Source: Antedon mediterranea
Lineage: Eukaryota; Animalia; Echinodermata
Assembly: GCF_964355755.1 (NCBI RefSeq)
Contig: NC_092671.1
Coordinates: 35,474,304 to 35,538,303 of the forward strand
Reading direction: 5' to 3'
DNA: 64,000 nucleotides
Part shown: positions 39,301 through 51,746 of the stretch, piece after piece
How positions within the stretch are numbered: the first letter of the stretch is position 1
How the letters are laid out: each line of letters starts with the position of its first letter
The notes under the pieces: generated by a model
Database searches by the model: none
What the model was told of the DNA's origin: nothing
The model's input: only the letters and a program-made list of their open reading frames with translations
Position numbers and translations under genes: made by a program

Positions 39301-42251
39301 GTGTTAACAAATACATTGCCCCTCAAAGAAGGAAAGTGTGAATAGGGGTGTCCCAAAGGACTGTATTCTATAAAACCCTAGAAATTGGAAGGCATAAAAA
39401 ATCTTGTTATTCTACTACATGTTGTTAATTAATAAATATTAATATCATAAACACATACCAATAATGGTCAACATGATTTGACCTCTGTTCTACTGCTAAA
39501 TTTCGTCTAACCAGTCCCCACACAGTCATTCCAAATGCTTTGCACTTTTTTGCAACTAAAAAAGAAACAGTATAAAAGTATAATTTTTCTACCGTCCTCA
39601 GTGTAAAGACAATTAGGCTTGTTCTACTTGGATGTTTTTGAGCAGATAATCAGCATATTAAGCTCCTTAAACTCCTTGCTGTTTATATATTTATTCAACT
39701 TCATTTTACAAGGGTAGCTCTAACAGCTGTACCACAGTAGTGCAGCTGACTTGAAGATGCCCTCTTTATATGCGATCAGTGGAAGTATCTCATTGCAAGG
39801 TGTTTGCGAGTGGACAGTTGAATGAGCCATTTCTTTAACTCTACTCTACAATTTGAAAAAGACATTGAGAAATTGAACATTTTAAATTCTCAATATTGAT
39901 TCAAATGGCAACAGCAGTTTAATTAATTTAAACAAACAAGACAAGTACTAACTTTCACAACCAATGTCTCCGACTCCAAGGATTCCAATAGTAAGCTCCG
40001 ACAAAAGACGATATGTGCCCTTAGTACGCCTGAAATGGATTTAGCAATTCGTAAGCAACAAGTTTTTAGTTCATCAAAACATTTATTTCTTTTATCACCC
40101 AATTCTCTGTACTCTACATATGGTATTTCCTTATATCCTCTAGTATTAGTCCATACCCGGGGAAACCTTGGTTCAGTAAAAAATTATTGGTAAGCATTTC
40201 TTGTAAAAACTCATCTGAATTGGCTAGAGAGTGGCTTACATCCAGACCAAATAAATACTAGGACTATACCCCAGGTTTTGCCTGTTTGTGTAATAAGAAA
40301 TGAAAGAGTGGGTTGGATTAGACCCGAAGTGGGATTATACTTGAGGATATGGTATATGTCCTTTATAAGCACATTCTGTATACAGTGTCACATATGTATC
40401 ATGTTAATGCTCAAGGTAAAGAATATGGTCTATGATACAGGCATCACATGTGACAAATGTTACACTGGCTATGATACTGCACAAATTAGAGAATGTATAG
40501 AATCAGCTATTTTTTATTCTACGTCTGGTTTTGATTTTGAAAGTCCTTTTAGTCACACTGGTATGATTATTACACTCATATCTATCTTTACCATAAAATG
40601 GGTGTGTCCCCGAAAAATTATTTACCATATTCCGGCCACTTGAGCTTCATAACGATCATACATTTGTCGTTCGTGTGCCAATAATCTTCCAATGACAAAT
40701 TCGGCAAGTGGGGCTTCTAATGCTCGTCCAAATTTGACAAGGGTAAACGACGGAAGTGGGTCTGAGGGATTAATTTTTTTTAAGAAACTGTCTTGACCTA
40801 CAAAAGAAATATTACTGAATTACTTCAAAGTGAACACAGTTTTTTTGTGTAAAATTTTGTTAAAGGGAGGTGTAAACCAGTACAAAACATTAAAATCCAG
40901 AAATACATCATCCACATTTTTGACAGCTGCTTTCTTCTGAAGATGAGATGTCACGGAACGGAATGAAAGGAACTAGTTGCATGAGAGCGTGCTTATATCG
41001 ACTTTCGAGCAACTGAACGGAACTTAAAGCAACTGAAAGTAACTAAGCTTATGTCGACATTTTGTTGTTGCAGCATTTCAGTTGCGTTCAGTTGCTTAGA
41101 GCGCTTATGTCAACAAAGTTGAGTTAAGTTCCATGTTCCAAAACAAGCACACCTTAAGGAACCCTACGAAAGTATTGTGACATAATAAGACAAACACATT
41201 TTCGTATGCCGACATACCTGCCCAAGTCGATTGAACAAGTTTAGTATTTTTTGTCAGATTCTTATAATAATGTGGTAGAAGATTTGGATCTGTAATCACA
41301 ATTTCACTTTCTTTTAACCGTTGCATAGCAGCATCTGAAATTTCAGGATCTAGCAATAAAAAAAGGAAATATTTCAATTTAATTTTAAAACACAAGTATA
41401 ACAAAATTTAGCATATTATCATAAATCTCTGTCTACACTATCAAACTAGTTTGACAAAAAAAGTGTGATGTGCCAAAATATGGTAATGATATGACATCAT
41501 CATGTCCATATTTGTGCACATCACATTTTTTGTCACTTCTCACAGGGGATTTTTTTTCTTTGAACCTTTTTTTTTGGTATACGTCATTCTTCAACATTTA
41601 GACAGTTTAATCTGTTCTGTACTCTTTATTATCTAATCTCTGTGAGACCTTAAAGATGTATTGTCCCCCAAAACATGAAAACTGAAGATTAGTTCAATCA
41701 GACTTTGAATAGGTTATTTTGTAGTTGAAGTTACTAAAGTTAATCACTTCTGTTGAAAAAAGAAGCGAAAAAATAATGTTTTCACTTATAAAATAACATA
41801 ATAAACGGTTAAATTCAACCAAAAATCCATTGACTTGCAGCCAATTTGACCATTTTTAAAATTTAAATTATTATTATTAGATTTTTGAAGTAAATAATTT
41901 TTTTAAGATCCAATTTTTGGTCAAAGTGGATAACTATTTAGTGACATCAAAATGGCATATTTAAAAAAAAATTGTTAAAATTAATTTTTCAAGGGGTCAA
42001 TACAGCCTTAATAATATTCAGATTTTATTATTACCTGTATATACAATACTGTACTAACCATATTTATCTGTAACCGTAATTGAGTGAAGTGGTATTGTTG
42101 CATCTAGTTTGTGAATGTGATCATGAATACCTGGGTATTCGCTGAAGATGGTTACTTTAGGCAACTGCTTCTTCGCAGACATTTTTCTAAAAATTATGTG
42201 ACGTTTTATCAAACTAATCGAAGGCCTCGCTGATTTTAGCACTGAATACAT
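36327..42251 (-). CDS. D-isomer-specific 2-hydroxyacid dehydrogenase, glyoxylate/hydroxypyruvate reductase A (GhrA)-like, ~358 aa, 10 coding exons
   Basis: Exons 42059-42251, 41218-41349 (VQSTWAG), 40626-40797, 39953-40029 (TIGILGVGDIG, Rossmann GxGxxG), 39459-39555, 38371-38491 (NVLPSTSET), 37939-38006 (FINIGRG), 37490-37574 (ILDVFPVEPLP), 36828-36872 (ISPH), 36327-36413 (..IVNIEAGY*). The Arg/Glu/His catalytic triad is present and all phases are consistent. Confidence 0.92.
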
Positions 42252-42575
42252 AAAATCCTAAAAAAAGAAATCAACATTAATTATTTTATTGAAGTTGTTT
42301 TTTGGATAGAATCTGTGGGGATAGGTCCGAACTTAACTAATAATTCTTGTAATCCTGTATACTTCTGGCCTGCTAGGCCTAGGTTAAGTTAATATTGGTA
42401 TTACAAGAAACTAGGCTAGAGTAATACTAGGCTAGATACTTAATAATAATAGGCCTTGCTAGCTAGCCGGTCAGCCCAGCTACTACAATTTAAAAGGTTA
42501 CATCATGGTTCTAGGCCACCTACTAGCTACTGACTGACTGAGGCTTTGCATATTTATAGTCTAGTAATAACCAAC

Positions 42576-42783
42576 CTTCTATCCACTACGTATACATATA
42601 TTATTTATTAATAATTAATCGTAAAAAGTAAGCAAACAACAACACATGGATGAACTTAATTCTGAATTTGCTGAAGCGTGAAGTCGGAAATCGTGAATAT
42701 TTATATAGTTCATGGGTCAATTCTGCGTACCGTAGCAACGTCGTGTATCCAAGCAAGACATCACACTAAAAATATGGCGGTCG
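42576..42783. promoter_or_regulatory. Bidirectional promoter between the GhrA-like gene and SPAG16, with an RFX X-box-like site and a YY1-like motif
   Basis: Minus-strand donor at 42574-42575 (UTR exon of the dehydrogenase) lies about 200 bp from the SPAG16 ATG at 42774. CGTACCGTAGCAAC at 42726-42739 has a TAGCAAC X-box half-site, and AATATGGCGG overlaps the ATG. Confidence 0.55.
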
Positions 42784-45700
42784 CCATTGAACGAGTTGGA
42801 GAAGAGGGTGCCTATTATTTAGAACGTATCCTTTACCATTTTTAACAAATATGTATTTAAATGTTTATTAAAATGTGCTTTTTATGCAACCTATAAAAGA
42901 AAGCTTATTTTCATTTAAGGAAAGATAGGCCAAGCCCTAGCCTAGCTACTAGCTAGGCCTCCAGTCAGCAGCGAGAAGTCCATCCCAGCAGAATGATGTC
43001 CTCTCACTCAGCTCAGCAGCAGTCAGTCAGCCAGACAGACAGAGCGGGATCCAGTCAAGTCGCCCCATCGCAAAGTCGCCCCATACAAAGTCGCCCCTTA
43101 CACAGTCGCCCCATCGCAAAGTCGCCCCAAAACAAAGTCGCCCCGGCACAGTCGCCCCATCGCAAAGTCGCCCCATTACAAAGTCGCCCCATCGCAAAGT
43201 CGCCCCATCGCAAAGTCGCCCCAACGCAAAGTCGCCCCATTGCAAAGTCGCCCCAAAACGTTAAAAAATAGTTTACAAGTGCGTAAAATGTTGCAATGAT
43301 ACACAAAATAACACAGAACGTGTAGGCATAGGGGAAGCCCCGCCATGTAGTCTCAGGTCACACGATCGGCACGCACCCCCATCAGAGAGGAAGCCCCCGA
43401 CTAATCACTCCGCGGTCGCACTCCGCGGTCGCACTAACGTGCTAGCTCACCATGAGAGGGAAGCCCCCGTAATTACTCCGCCGTTGCCGTTGTCGCGCTC
43501 TACAACGCACCATCTGAAGATGGGGAAACCCCGCCGGAGTTTTTATCGGTTTTAATCATATTGGGTGCGTTTGATATCATTTTGCATTTATTGACAAGTT
43601 ATGTGTCTTAATTTTATAATGACTTTTCAAAATGAAGAAAAAAAAGGGGATTTCATCGCCGATGTGATTGTTTTACATGCAGGTATTAGTAAAATTAAAA
43701 CGCGACATTTTGACCATGGAAAAACCATCGTACAGTATCGTGTGCGTGTTTTTTAAAAAGGGGAATCCCCGACGGTCAGCAGAAAGACGTAGCAGCTGTG
43801 AGGAAACAGATACCAGAAGGCGCAGCTCCGATTGGATTCAGAGAATGTTTCAGATGGCGAGTCGCCTTTTATTCAACAGCACAATGATCATTTTACTGAA
43901 GAAATTCTTTTCAATCCTTTTGGTTATAGAACATTCTAATTATAATGCCTAATAAATATCCTCTCATATCGGGTGTTTATTTAATTTTAAATTAAACAAG
44001 ACAGTGAAGAGGCACGGAATAATACGTACACGGACGTACGACAAATACACACACGCACGTTATCATTTACGACATATAGTGGTGATATGATGCAATTTTA
44101 TAATGGATATAATGATGGGATTGCCTTTCCAGGAGTCTTACAATCAATGTTCACTGTAATACTATGTATATAATAGTAAACTGAATGTTTATAAATAAAT
44201 TGTTTTACGTAATTTGTTGCATATAAAATAAAAGACACAGACGTAGCCTACGTTTCCTATAAAATATTTCACATTTAAATAAGTACGTATGTACTGTTAA
44301 ATGACATTATGCTGGATAATACTATATCTTAAACTATGTTTACAAATTGTCATTTTTTAAGCCACACATCTTTCTCATAATACTGACCTGTAAAATAAAA
44401 TAAAAAATCAATTATTAATATAGGCCTAATAATAATAATAAATATTCATCGACCAAAGTAAAAATAATCTAGATCGTATAACATCATTTTATCGCGACCG
44501 ATTTCGAACGCGACTGATATCATCGTAAAACTCCGGCGGGGTTTCCCCATCTTCAGATGGTGCGTTGTAGAGTGCGACAAAGGCAACGGCGGAGTAATTA
44601 CGGGGGTTTCCCTCTCATGGTAAGCTAGCACGTTAGTGCGACCGCGGAGTGCGACCGCGGAGTGATTAGTCGGGGCTTCCTCTCTGATATGGGGGTGCGT
44701 GCCGATCGTGTGACCACCTTGAGACTACATGGCGGGGCTTCCCCTTTTATGCCTACACGTTCTGTGTTATTTTGTGTATCATTGCAACATTTTACGCACT
44801 TGTAAACTATTTTTTAACGTTTTGGGGCGACTTTGCGATAGGGCGACTTTGTGATGGGGCGACTTTGCGATGGAGCGACTTTGCGTTGGGGCGACTTTGC
44901 GATGGGGCGACTTTGCGATAGGGCGACTATGTCGGGGCGACTTTGTTTTGGGGCGACTTTGCGATGGGGCGACTGTGTAAGGGGCGACTTTGTATGGGGC
45001 GACTTTGCGATGGGGCGACTTGACTAGCATCCCTAGACAATACTTTAGCTTATAGGCTACTACCTTTCTAGGCCTTGGCCTAGTCTATTTATTTTTCAAT
45101 CTTTATTTTAAACCTTAATTAACTGTAGGTGTTAACATTACTGAAGATTCTGAGAATGACTTTAATTATGAAGACGTTCCGATTGAGGATGAATATGAAT
45201 CTGGTAAGAAAAACTGTATTCAATCAGGTTTTTTAAATAAATGATCGTACACATTACCATACATAAAAATAGGTCTAGGAGGCCAGGCCTAGATTGCATA
45301 AATTAATTTAAATCATTCATTGAAAACATTTTTTCAGAGCCAGATGAAGATCTGAATGCAGCAGTTAGAACAATCCAAGAAGCAGAAGAGGATGACCTGG
45401 CTGCAGTATGTTAAAAATGAAAAAGTATTAGGCCTAGGGCCTACATCTAAATCAAATATTTCTGTATCATCAATGCTTTTTTCAAACTTGGCAGCAATAG
45501 ATTAAACTCTCAAGCTCACTGCTTTAATGATTTGAATACTGTACTTACAGTAGTTTAACCTACTTCTATGTTTTTACATTGAAGGTAAAATCACAGGGAA
45601 TCACAGGTCCTCCTGTTACTAGACGACCTGAAGTGGTTGATGACTTTATCAGGAACTTCCTGGTAACAATGGGGATGAATCGGACGTTGGACTGTTTCCA

Positions 45701-48700
45701 AACAGAGTGGTATATTATTTTAAAATAAAAATCTAAATGTTCGGTTGAAATTTCATACGTACTGGTATAAAAATAAGTGTTTTAAACAAGCTTACAACAC
45801 AAATTCAACATACCTTTAATTTTAACATGTATCACATGTTTTCATCAGAAGAATTATATGATGTTAAAAGGATTGGTGATGTTCTTTGACGTCATCAGGG
45901 GATACATACATGTCGAAAATTTAAGGTATGTTGAATTTGTGCTGTAAGCTTGTTTAAAACACTTACTATAATCTAAATGTTGGTAGTAAAAATGATCATC
46001 ACTGGCAAGTAGTAGAGTGAGTGAGTGGCCGAGCGGTTAAGACAGTGGAACACGTAGCCATAACATTGGCAAGGGTTCGAGGCTCACTCGCTCCATGTTT
46101 CTGGTGGTAGAACGAGTGTTCTCGGATAAGGACTATAAACCGTAGGTCCAGTGTACACATAGCTCATGCGCACTTTAAAGAACCTAGTACATCTTTCGAG
46201 ACGAGTAGGGGTTACCCCGGTGTACTAGTCCACACAAACACAGCCACTGTCACACACAGCCACTGTGCAAATTGGGACTGGACCGTTTTAGAGGTGTTTA
46301 CCACCTGTTGGTCCAGATCCTTCACTAACTGAGTTAGTGAGAAGTTGAATAAATAAATAAAATAGATAGTGTATAACATACTTTAATACACAATTTGTGA
46401 TGTAGATCAAGGTAATGATTGTCTGTAACTCTACATTTACATATTTTTTCCTATTAAAAGATCCTCCAATATAAAGTGACTTAGGCATACGGGAGTCACG
46501 ACTTAAAGTTCAGTGAACTTACTGTGACTTCCATCCACCCACATTTAATATATGTTATGTTATGTAAATGTAAATGATATATATATATATATATAAGTGA
46601 GTGGAAAAAATAAATAAACGAAACGAAATAAACGAAGCTGTTTTTAAAAAGTTTGTCACCTTATTGTTATTCAACTGTAGGTATGAACTACAGCAGCGTG
46701 GACTCTTGAAAGCTGAAGATATCCAGACAGTTCCAGATGTTTACACCCAAAACCGAAATCTTGATGATCGTGTAAACCTTCTCTGCAGAGATGTCGACAA
46801 GTTCAAGAATGCAGCGAACAAGGCCAAAGAATCTTTTGTCAAGCTGAAAAAAGAGCGCGATTTTCATCGAATGCACCACAAACGTGTCGTACAAGAAAAA
46901 AACAAGTTGATTTCGGATATCAAGAAGTTAAAAAAACATTACAGTTCATATGAGCCTACCTTGCGGCAGTTAAAGGAGAAATACGAGGCTGCTATGAAAG
47001 AGAAGATGCTTAGTAAATTAGAGCGGGACCGTGCCGTCGGAGAGGTTTGTAATCAATGTTTATTTCTGCCTTTTTGATTGCAAACACCTGCATGGAGTGG
47101 AGTTGTGGCTTGGTGGTTATGATGCTTGACTACCACTTCAAGGGTCCTAGGTTCAAGTCCCCTCACATGTCAGGATTTTTACAAATTTTGATTACAACTC
47201 CACTGCCAAAGACTTGTACAGTAATAAGACTTTGTTTATGTAGAGCATCTTGTGTATATGTTTGTCTTGTGAACCTCTGAGGGTCCCTAATGATCAGCAA
47301 TTGCTGGATGGATCACCCTCATTAAACATGGTCCAAAAAACAAAAAATCAAGCAACAAAATGTATCACCTGCTTATGTCAACAAACTGATTGGTTGGGAT
47401 TGTGATCCCGTATCCCATAATATGCTTGATCATCTCCTTTGAATTGAATTGAAATATATATTTATACTGGGTAACCTCTTCAGTCAAAGACTGGTCTCCC
47501 AGAGGGCCCAGTTGGTGATCAGTGGCTGTGATGTACTAATACACCGGGGTAACCCCCTACTCGTCTCGAAAGATGTACTAGGTTCTTTAAAGTGCACACG
47601 AGCTAGATGTGTACACTGGACCTACGGTTTATAGTCCTTATCCGAGAAGACTCGTTCTACCACCAGAACCATGGAGTGAGTGAGCCTCGAACCCATGCCG
47701 ATGTTATGGCTACGTAATGACGGTTCCACCGTCATTACGTTCCACCACTACTAAACAACCTCAAAAACCTAAAATAACATGTTTTTACTTTTATAGTTGA
47801 ATAAATTTAATTATTGTTCAGTTAGATGTTGCAAATCAACTTAAAGATGTATTGTCCATTGAAACACAAAAAAATGAAGGTCAAAATATTCTAATTTTAA
47901 ATTGGCCATATCAAAGTAATATTAAAGTTATTCACTTTAAGTCGAAAATTCGAGCCAAAAACAACAAGTTTACGTAATTAACATGTAAATTAGTTTGATT
48001 ACATTTCGTCTGGACAAAGATTTCAAACTACGAGTATGCATTATGCATATGCTAATTAGGATTGTTTACAACTTGTCATGGTTGAGAAGGTGTTTTCACA
48101 CAGATCACAAGAAAGTTTTATGGTTATGCATACAAGGGACAATACATCTTTTAATCTATAAAAATGTCTGTCTTACAGTATATGACCATGTGTACAGTAT
48201 ATAGTAATTTCTCATAGGCATATTTATCAGTTGTTATTGTATATGCACATAAACACTCAAAAATCAATATCAGTAATTAGTTGTTTAACATAATTGTTAT
48301 TACACAGGTGGTTGGTCTACAATCAACACTTCGTAATTTCCAGGGCGATGAATCTGACATGGCACTACATGAGTCAACGATGAAGGAACAGCGACGATTG
48401 ATGTTTGCATCTGGCGTTGGACCTACGCAATCCAAAGTGAAGGAGGCTAATGATATGTTTAGGAACTCTGCAGCAATGACAAAGAGTATGGACGTTGTAA
48501 ACCAAGAATTACCGCGGTATCCAAACGTACGTCGTGTTTACATCTATGATATTACTTTATACTATAATGCACAGTTTAAAAATACTTTGTGCCCTAACGA
48601 CTTTCAAACTCCATGTTATATTGATTCATTAAGGCCATGTTTCTGCAGCAAATACATAATTATCAGTTTTTAACCAAACAACCAACTGCCCAATCACAAT

Positions 48701-51700
48701 GCAACAACTTGTCCTTCAGGTCAAAGGTTAAAAATTATCGCATTTATCCGATAATTATCTAATTTGAATGAGATAATTTTTGGTTAATTTTTCTCGAGTG
48801 GCATTAGATAAACCCTGTTTCGATAAGCAGTTTATCTGTTAATTATGGGGTAATTTTTATCAGTTAATTATCGATTTTTAGTGTGGAAACACAGCCTAAG
48901 CAACCTATTTACAATGGTTTACCAAACGTATTTAGTACCTTTTCATGGTTTGTAGTAATTGCATCTTCACATTTTTGTCATTGTTTATCTGTATTTTTCA
49001 GGATTCGGAGTTTCCTCTTGATACACGCACAAACCCAGCATTATCAAATGTCAAAGGCCCATCACCACACTTGACAAGATCAGGTGGCTTTAGGCTAACA
49101 CACACAATACAAGCACACTCATTGGCTGTTAGTGGGTAAGCTAATTTACATATTACAGGAAACCAAGTCTAATGGTTCTGGTCTTAAAGATATATTGTCC
49201 CCCTAAACAATTTTATTTTTTCAAATTTTTTGTTGAATGTGCCATTTTAATCTCACATAATAGTTATTCACTTTAACGAAAAACTGGGTTGAAAAAATTA
49301 TTTACTGGAAAAAAATGTAATTTAAAGTAAAAAAATACTTAAATTGTCTGTCAGGTTTTTGGTTAAACTTAAACGTTTCTTTTGTCTTTTTATAAGTGAA
49401 ATAATATATATATATTTTTTTTAAGGGAATTATTTAAATTCATTGAAACTGCAAAATGACATATTTCAAGTTTGATTTTATTAATCTATATTTTTCATGT
49501 TTTTGGGGTACAATACATCTTTAAGTATATTAAACTTTATATTATTTGTTGTAGAATTGCATTACACAGTCGGAAGAAGATTCTAGCAACGGTTAGTGAT
49601 GACCACTCTTGGAAAATGTGGTCCATACCAAGTGGTGACATTGTGATGACTGGTGAGGGACATAAAGACTGGATAGCAGACTGTGATTTTCACCCTAAGT
49701 AAGTCAGTGTGTTAAGTAATCATAGTTAATTCTTACCTGCGTTTCATACTGCTATTAAGTTTCTGTAGTTGGCATTTACACATAATGTTTGATGGAATAA
49801 GTTCTGTTGTAGTGCCAACTAGCTTGCATATCTAGTCTTAAATAGATGGATTATAAAAATATAGATCAACATTAAAGATTAAACATGGATTACCAACAAA
49901 TTTGATTGATCCCATCTTCAGCTTGGTGGTTAACATGCAATCCCAAGTTCCAGTGTTCAATCCTGACCTAGTTCCAGGGTTGTAACTCATTTCAAATGAG
50001 ACTTAGTTTATAAGCACGATCAATTATAAAATAGTTTATCCATCCTGTAATTGGTGAGTAACTCGCTGTTGGATGCATAAAAAAAAAACAACAAAAAAAC
50101 TATTTTTATATACATAATATGTTACATGATAATGTTACATTCTATTTCCAGTGGTCATCAGTTAGCCACAGCAAGTGGTGATGTTACGGTCAAGATTTGG
50201 GATTTCTCTAAAGCCGAGTGCGTTCAAACATTTACACAGCACCAACATGCAGGTAATTACAATATAAAGTATAAATGTGGTTACAAATACAGTAGGTTGT
50301 TCAGAAACAATTGTTAAATTGAGAAATATGAAAGATGGCTAAAATGTATCATAAAATTCAATGATTTTGTTTTTCTTTCAGTGTGGGGTGTTTCATGGCA
50401 TACATGTGGAGACTTTCTTGCTAGCTGCTCAATGGATGGAACGTCTAAAATCTGGGACCTAAACAGGTTTGATTGTTTTCTACTGTTATTGCATAGAAAG
50501 AGACAATTACAAATCTTTCAATATACACTATACAGCTAGTAAATGTATTAAAGTTAAGCTTTATGTGACAAAAAAAATGTGATGTGCCTATATATGGACA
50601 TGATGATGTCATATCACTACCATATTTGGGCATATCACTACCATATTTGGGCACATCACACTTTTGTTGTCAAACTAGTTTGATAGTGTAAACAGAGCTT
50701 TAGACTTTAAACTTTAAATAAACTTGTAATTTATTTAGCTTAAGATGTCGAAATACATTACGTGGACATGCAGATTCAGTAAATAGTATAGAGTTCCTAC
50801 CATACTCAAACACACTTGTGACATCATCTGCAGACAAGACACTATCATTATGGGATGCAAGGACAGTAAGTAAAAATAAAACACTACAGTTTATCAAACA
50901 CACATTACTACACTTCCAATAATAATTTCTAACATTAATTTCTGTGTTATTTTTTAGGGACTTTGTGGTCAAACATTCTACGGTCATGTTCATTCCGTGA
51001 ACCATGTGACCTTTAACCTTAGAGGTGACACCCTTGCATCATGCGATTCATACGGTTGGATTAAGCTGTGGGATGTGCGGACCTGTTCCCCAATGGCGAG
51101 TATTGACGTAGGGCCTCATCCAGCTAACAAAGTGGCGTTTGATCCTTCTGGAACTGTTTTAGCTATCGCTAGCAGTGAAGGTGCGGTTAAGATGTTTGAA
51201 ATTGCATCCGGTCAGGTAAGAATAAGATTGTTAGTATTGTTGTATTATTTATGACAGATACAAATTTTATTTCTTAACTATACAACTTGATAACGTAAAA
51301 TTTTAAATTTAATTATACATACAGTAAAACCTCCATTAAGGGGACAACTCTAACAAAGTGTTTCTTTAATAGGAGTTGGCCTTAATGTCTGTCTACACTA
51401 TCAAACTTTATGTGACAACAAAATGTGATGTGCCCATATATGGACATGATGATGTCATATCACTACCATATTTGGGTACTTCACAATTTTTTTTTCAAAC
51501 TAGTTTGACAGTGTTATAGACAGAGCTTTACTGGTAAAATATATGTCCCTTGAATCCCCTTAAGGGAGGGTTCTGCTGTGTTTGCCTCAAGCAATTACAA
51601 TTACAAATTGTTAAAATGCAAATCCTTTCTTTTAGGTGTCTAACCTCACTGGACATGAAGATGCAGTCCAAGCTGTGATGTTTGATCGCAATGGAGAGTT

Positions 51701-51746
51701 CTTAGTGTCTGGAGGCAGTGACTCAACCATCAGAATCTGGTCCTAA
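42774..51746 (+). CDS. SPAG16: Sperm-associated antigen 16 / PF20 (axonemal central-pair WD40 protein), ~620 aa, 13 exons
   Basis: Exons 42774-42825, 45129-45203 (YYLERVNITEDSENDFNYEDVP), 45338-45405, 45585-45709 (PEVVDDFIRNFLVTMGMNRTLDCFQTEW), 46681-47044 (LKKERDFHRMHHKRVVQEKNKLISDIKKLKKHY), 48308-48526, 49002-49135, 49555-49698, 50152-50252, 50382-50466, 50739-50865, 50958-51215, 51636-51746 (WD40 repeats ending SGGSDSTIRIWS*). Total 1863 nt, in frame. Confidence 0.95.
42826..45128 (+). other. U12-type (minor spliceosome) GT-AG intron, SPAG16 intron 1
   Basis: 5' splice site GTATCCTTT matches the U11 consensus. Branch-point CCTTAAT at 45113-45119 lies about 10 nt before the AG, with no polypyrimidine tract between them. 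The flanking exons join in frame. Confidence 0.88.
43046..45033. mobile_element. Non-autonomous foldback-type DNA transposon with ~500-bp terminal inverted repeats
   Basis: Left arm 43046-43543 and right arm 44527-45033 are reverse complements. The outer ~200 bp is a tandem 17-mer (caaagtcgccccatcg-), the inner part is non-repetitive, and the ~1-kb AT-rich middle has no transposase ORF. No clear TSD. Confidence 0.9.
45774..45966. repeat. ~190-bp inverted repeat with a degenerate hammerhead core (Penelope-like)
   Basis: taagtgttttaaacaagcttaca.cacaaattcaacatacct is mirrored; CTGATGA..ACATGT/ACATGTCGAAA pieces occur on the two arms. Confidence 0.65.
46012..46362 (+). mobile_element. tRNA-derived SINE with Deu/Nin-like central domain (family 1, tail A)
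   Basis: A box TGGCCGAGCGG, B box GGTTCGAGGC, central ctcggataaggactataaaccgtaggtcc...taaagaacc...gagtaggggttaccccggtg, AATA-type tail. Four copies in the window. Confidence 0.85.
47091..47275 (+). mobile_element. SINE family 2 copy (3' part differs or is truncated)
   Basis: Same head and body as the 9174 copy up to tttgtcttgtgaac. Confidence 0.75.
47455..47730 (-). mobile_element. SINE family 1 copy (tail B)
   Basis: Matches the 6535-6855 copy including the tail; inverted relative to the 46012 copy. Confidence 0.85.
49188..49520. mobile_element. TTAA-flanked MITE (Kolobok-like), representative of a ~300-350 bp family
   Basis: TTAA|AGATATATTGTCCCC ... GGGGTACAATACATCT|TTAA. Related copies at about 3894-4229, 12641-12936, 36926-37230, 41654-42007, 47845-48149, 56687-56964, with partial copies near 755-1040, 26170-26357 and 29200-29407. 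Confidence 0.8.

Noticed and set aside
40278-40643. 121-aa plus-strand ORF
   Set aside because: Antisense within an intron of the dehydrogenase, non-AUG start and no recognisable motif.
42993-43306. Repetitive ORFs (QSRPIAKSPH.., GRLCDGATLRWGDF..) here and at 44779-45030
   Set aside because: Translation artefacts of the 17-bp tandem repeat in the transposon TIRs.
46012-46092. tRNA-like sequences (also 9175-9265, 17620-17700, 18515-18590)
   Set aside because: A and B boxes are present but there is no complete cloverleaf, and they continue into repeated SINE bodies.
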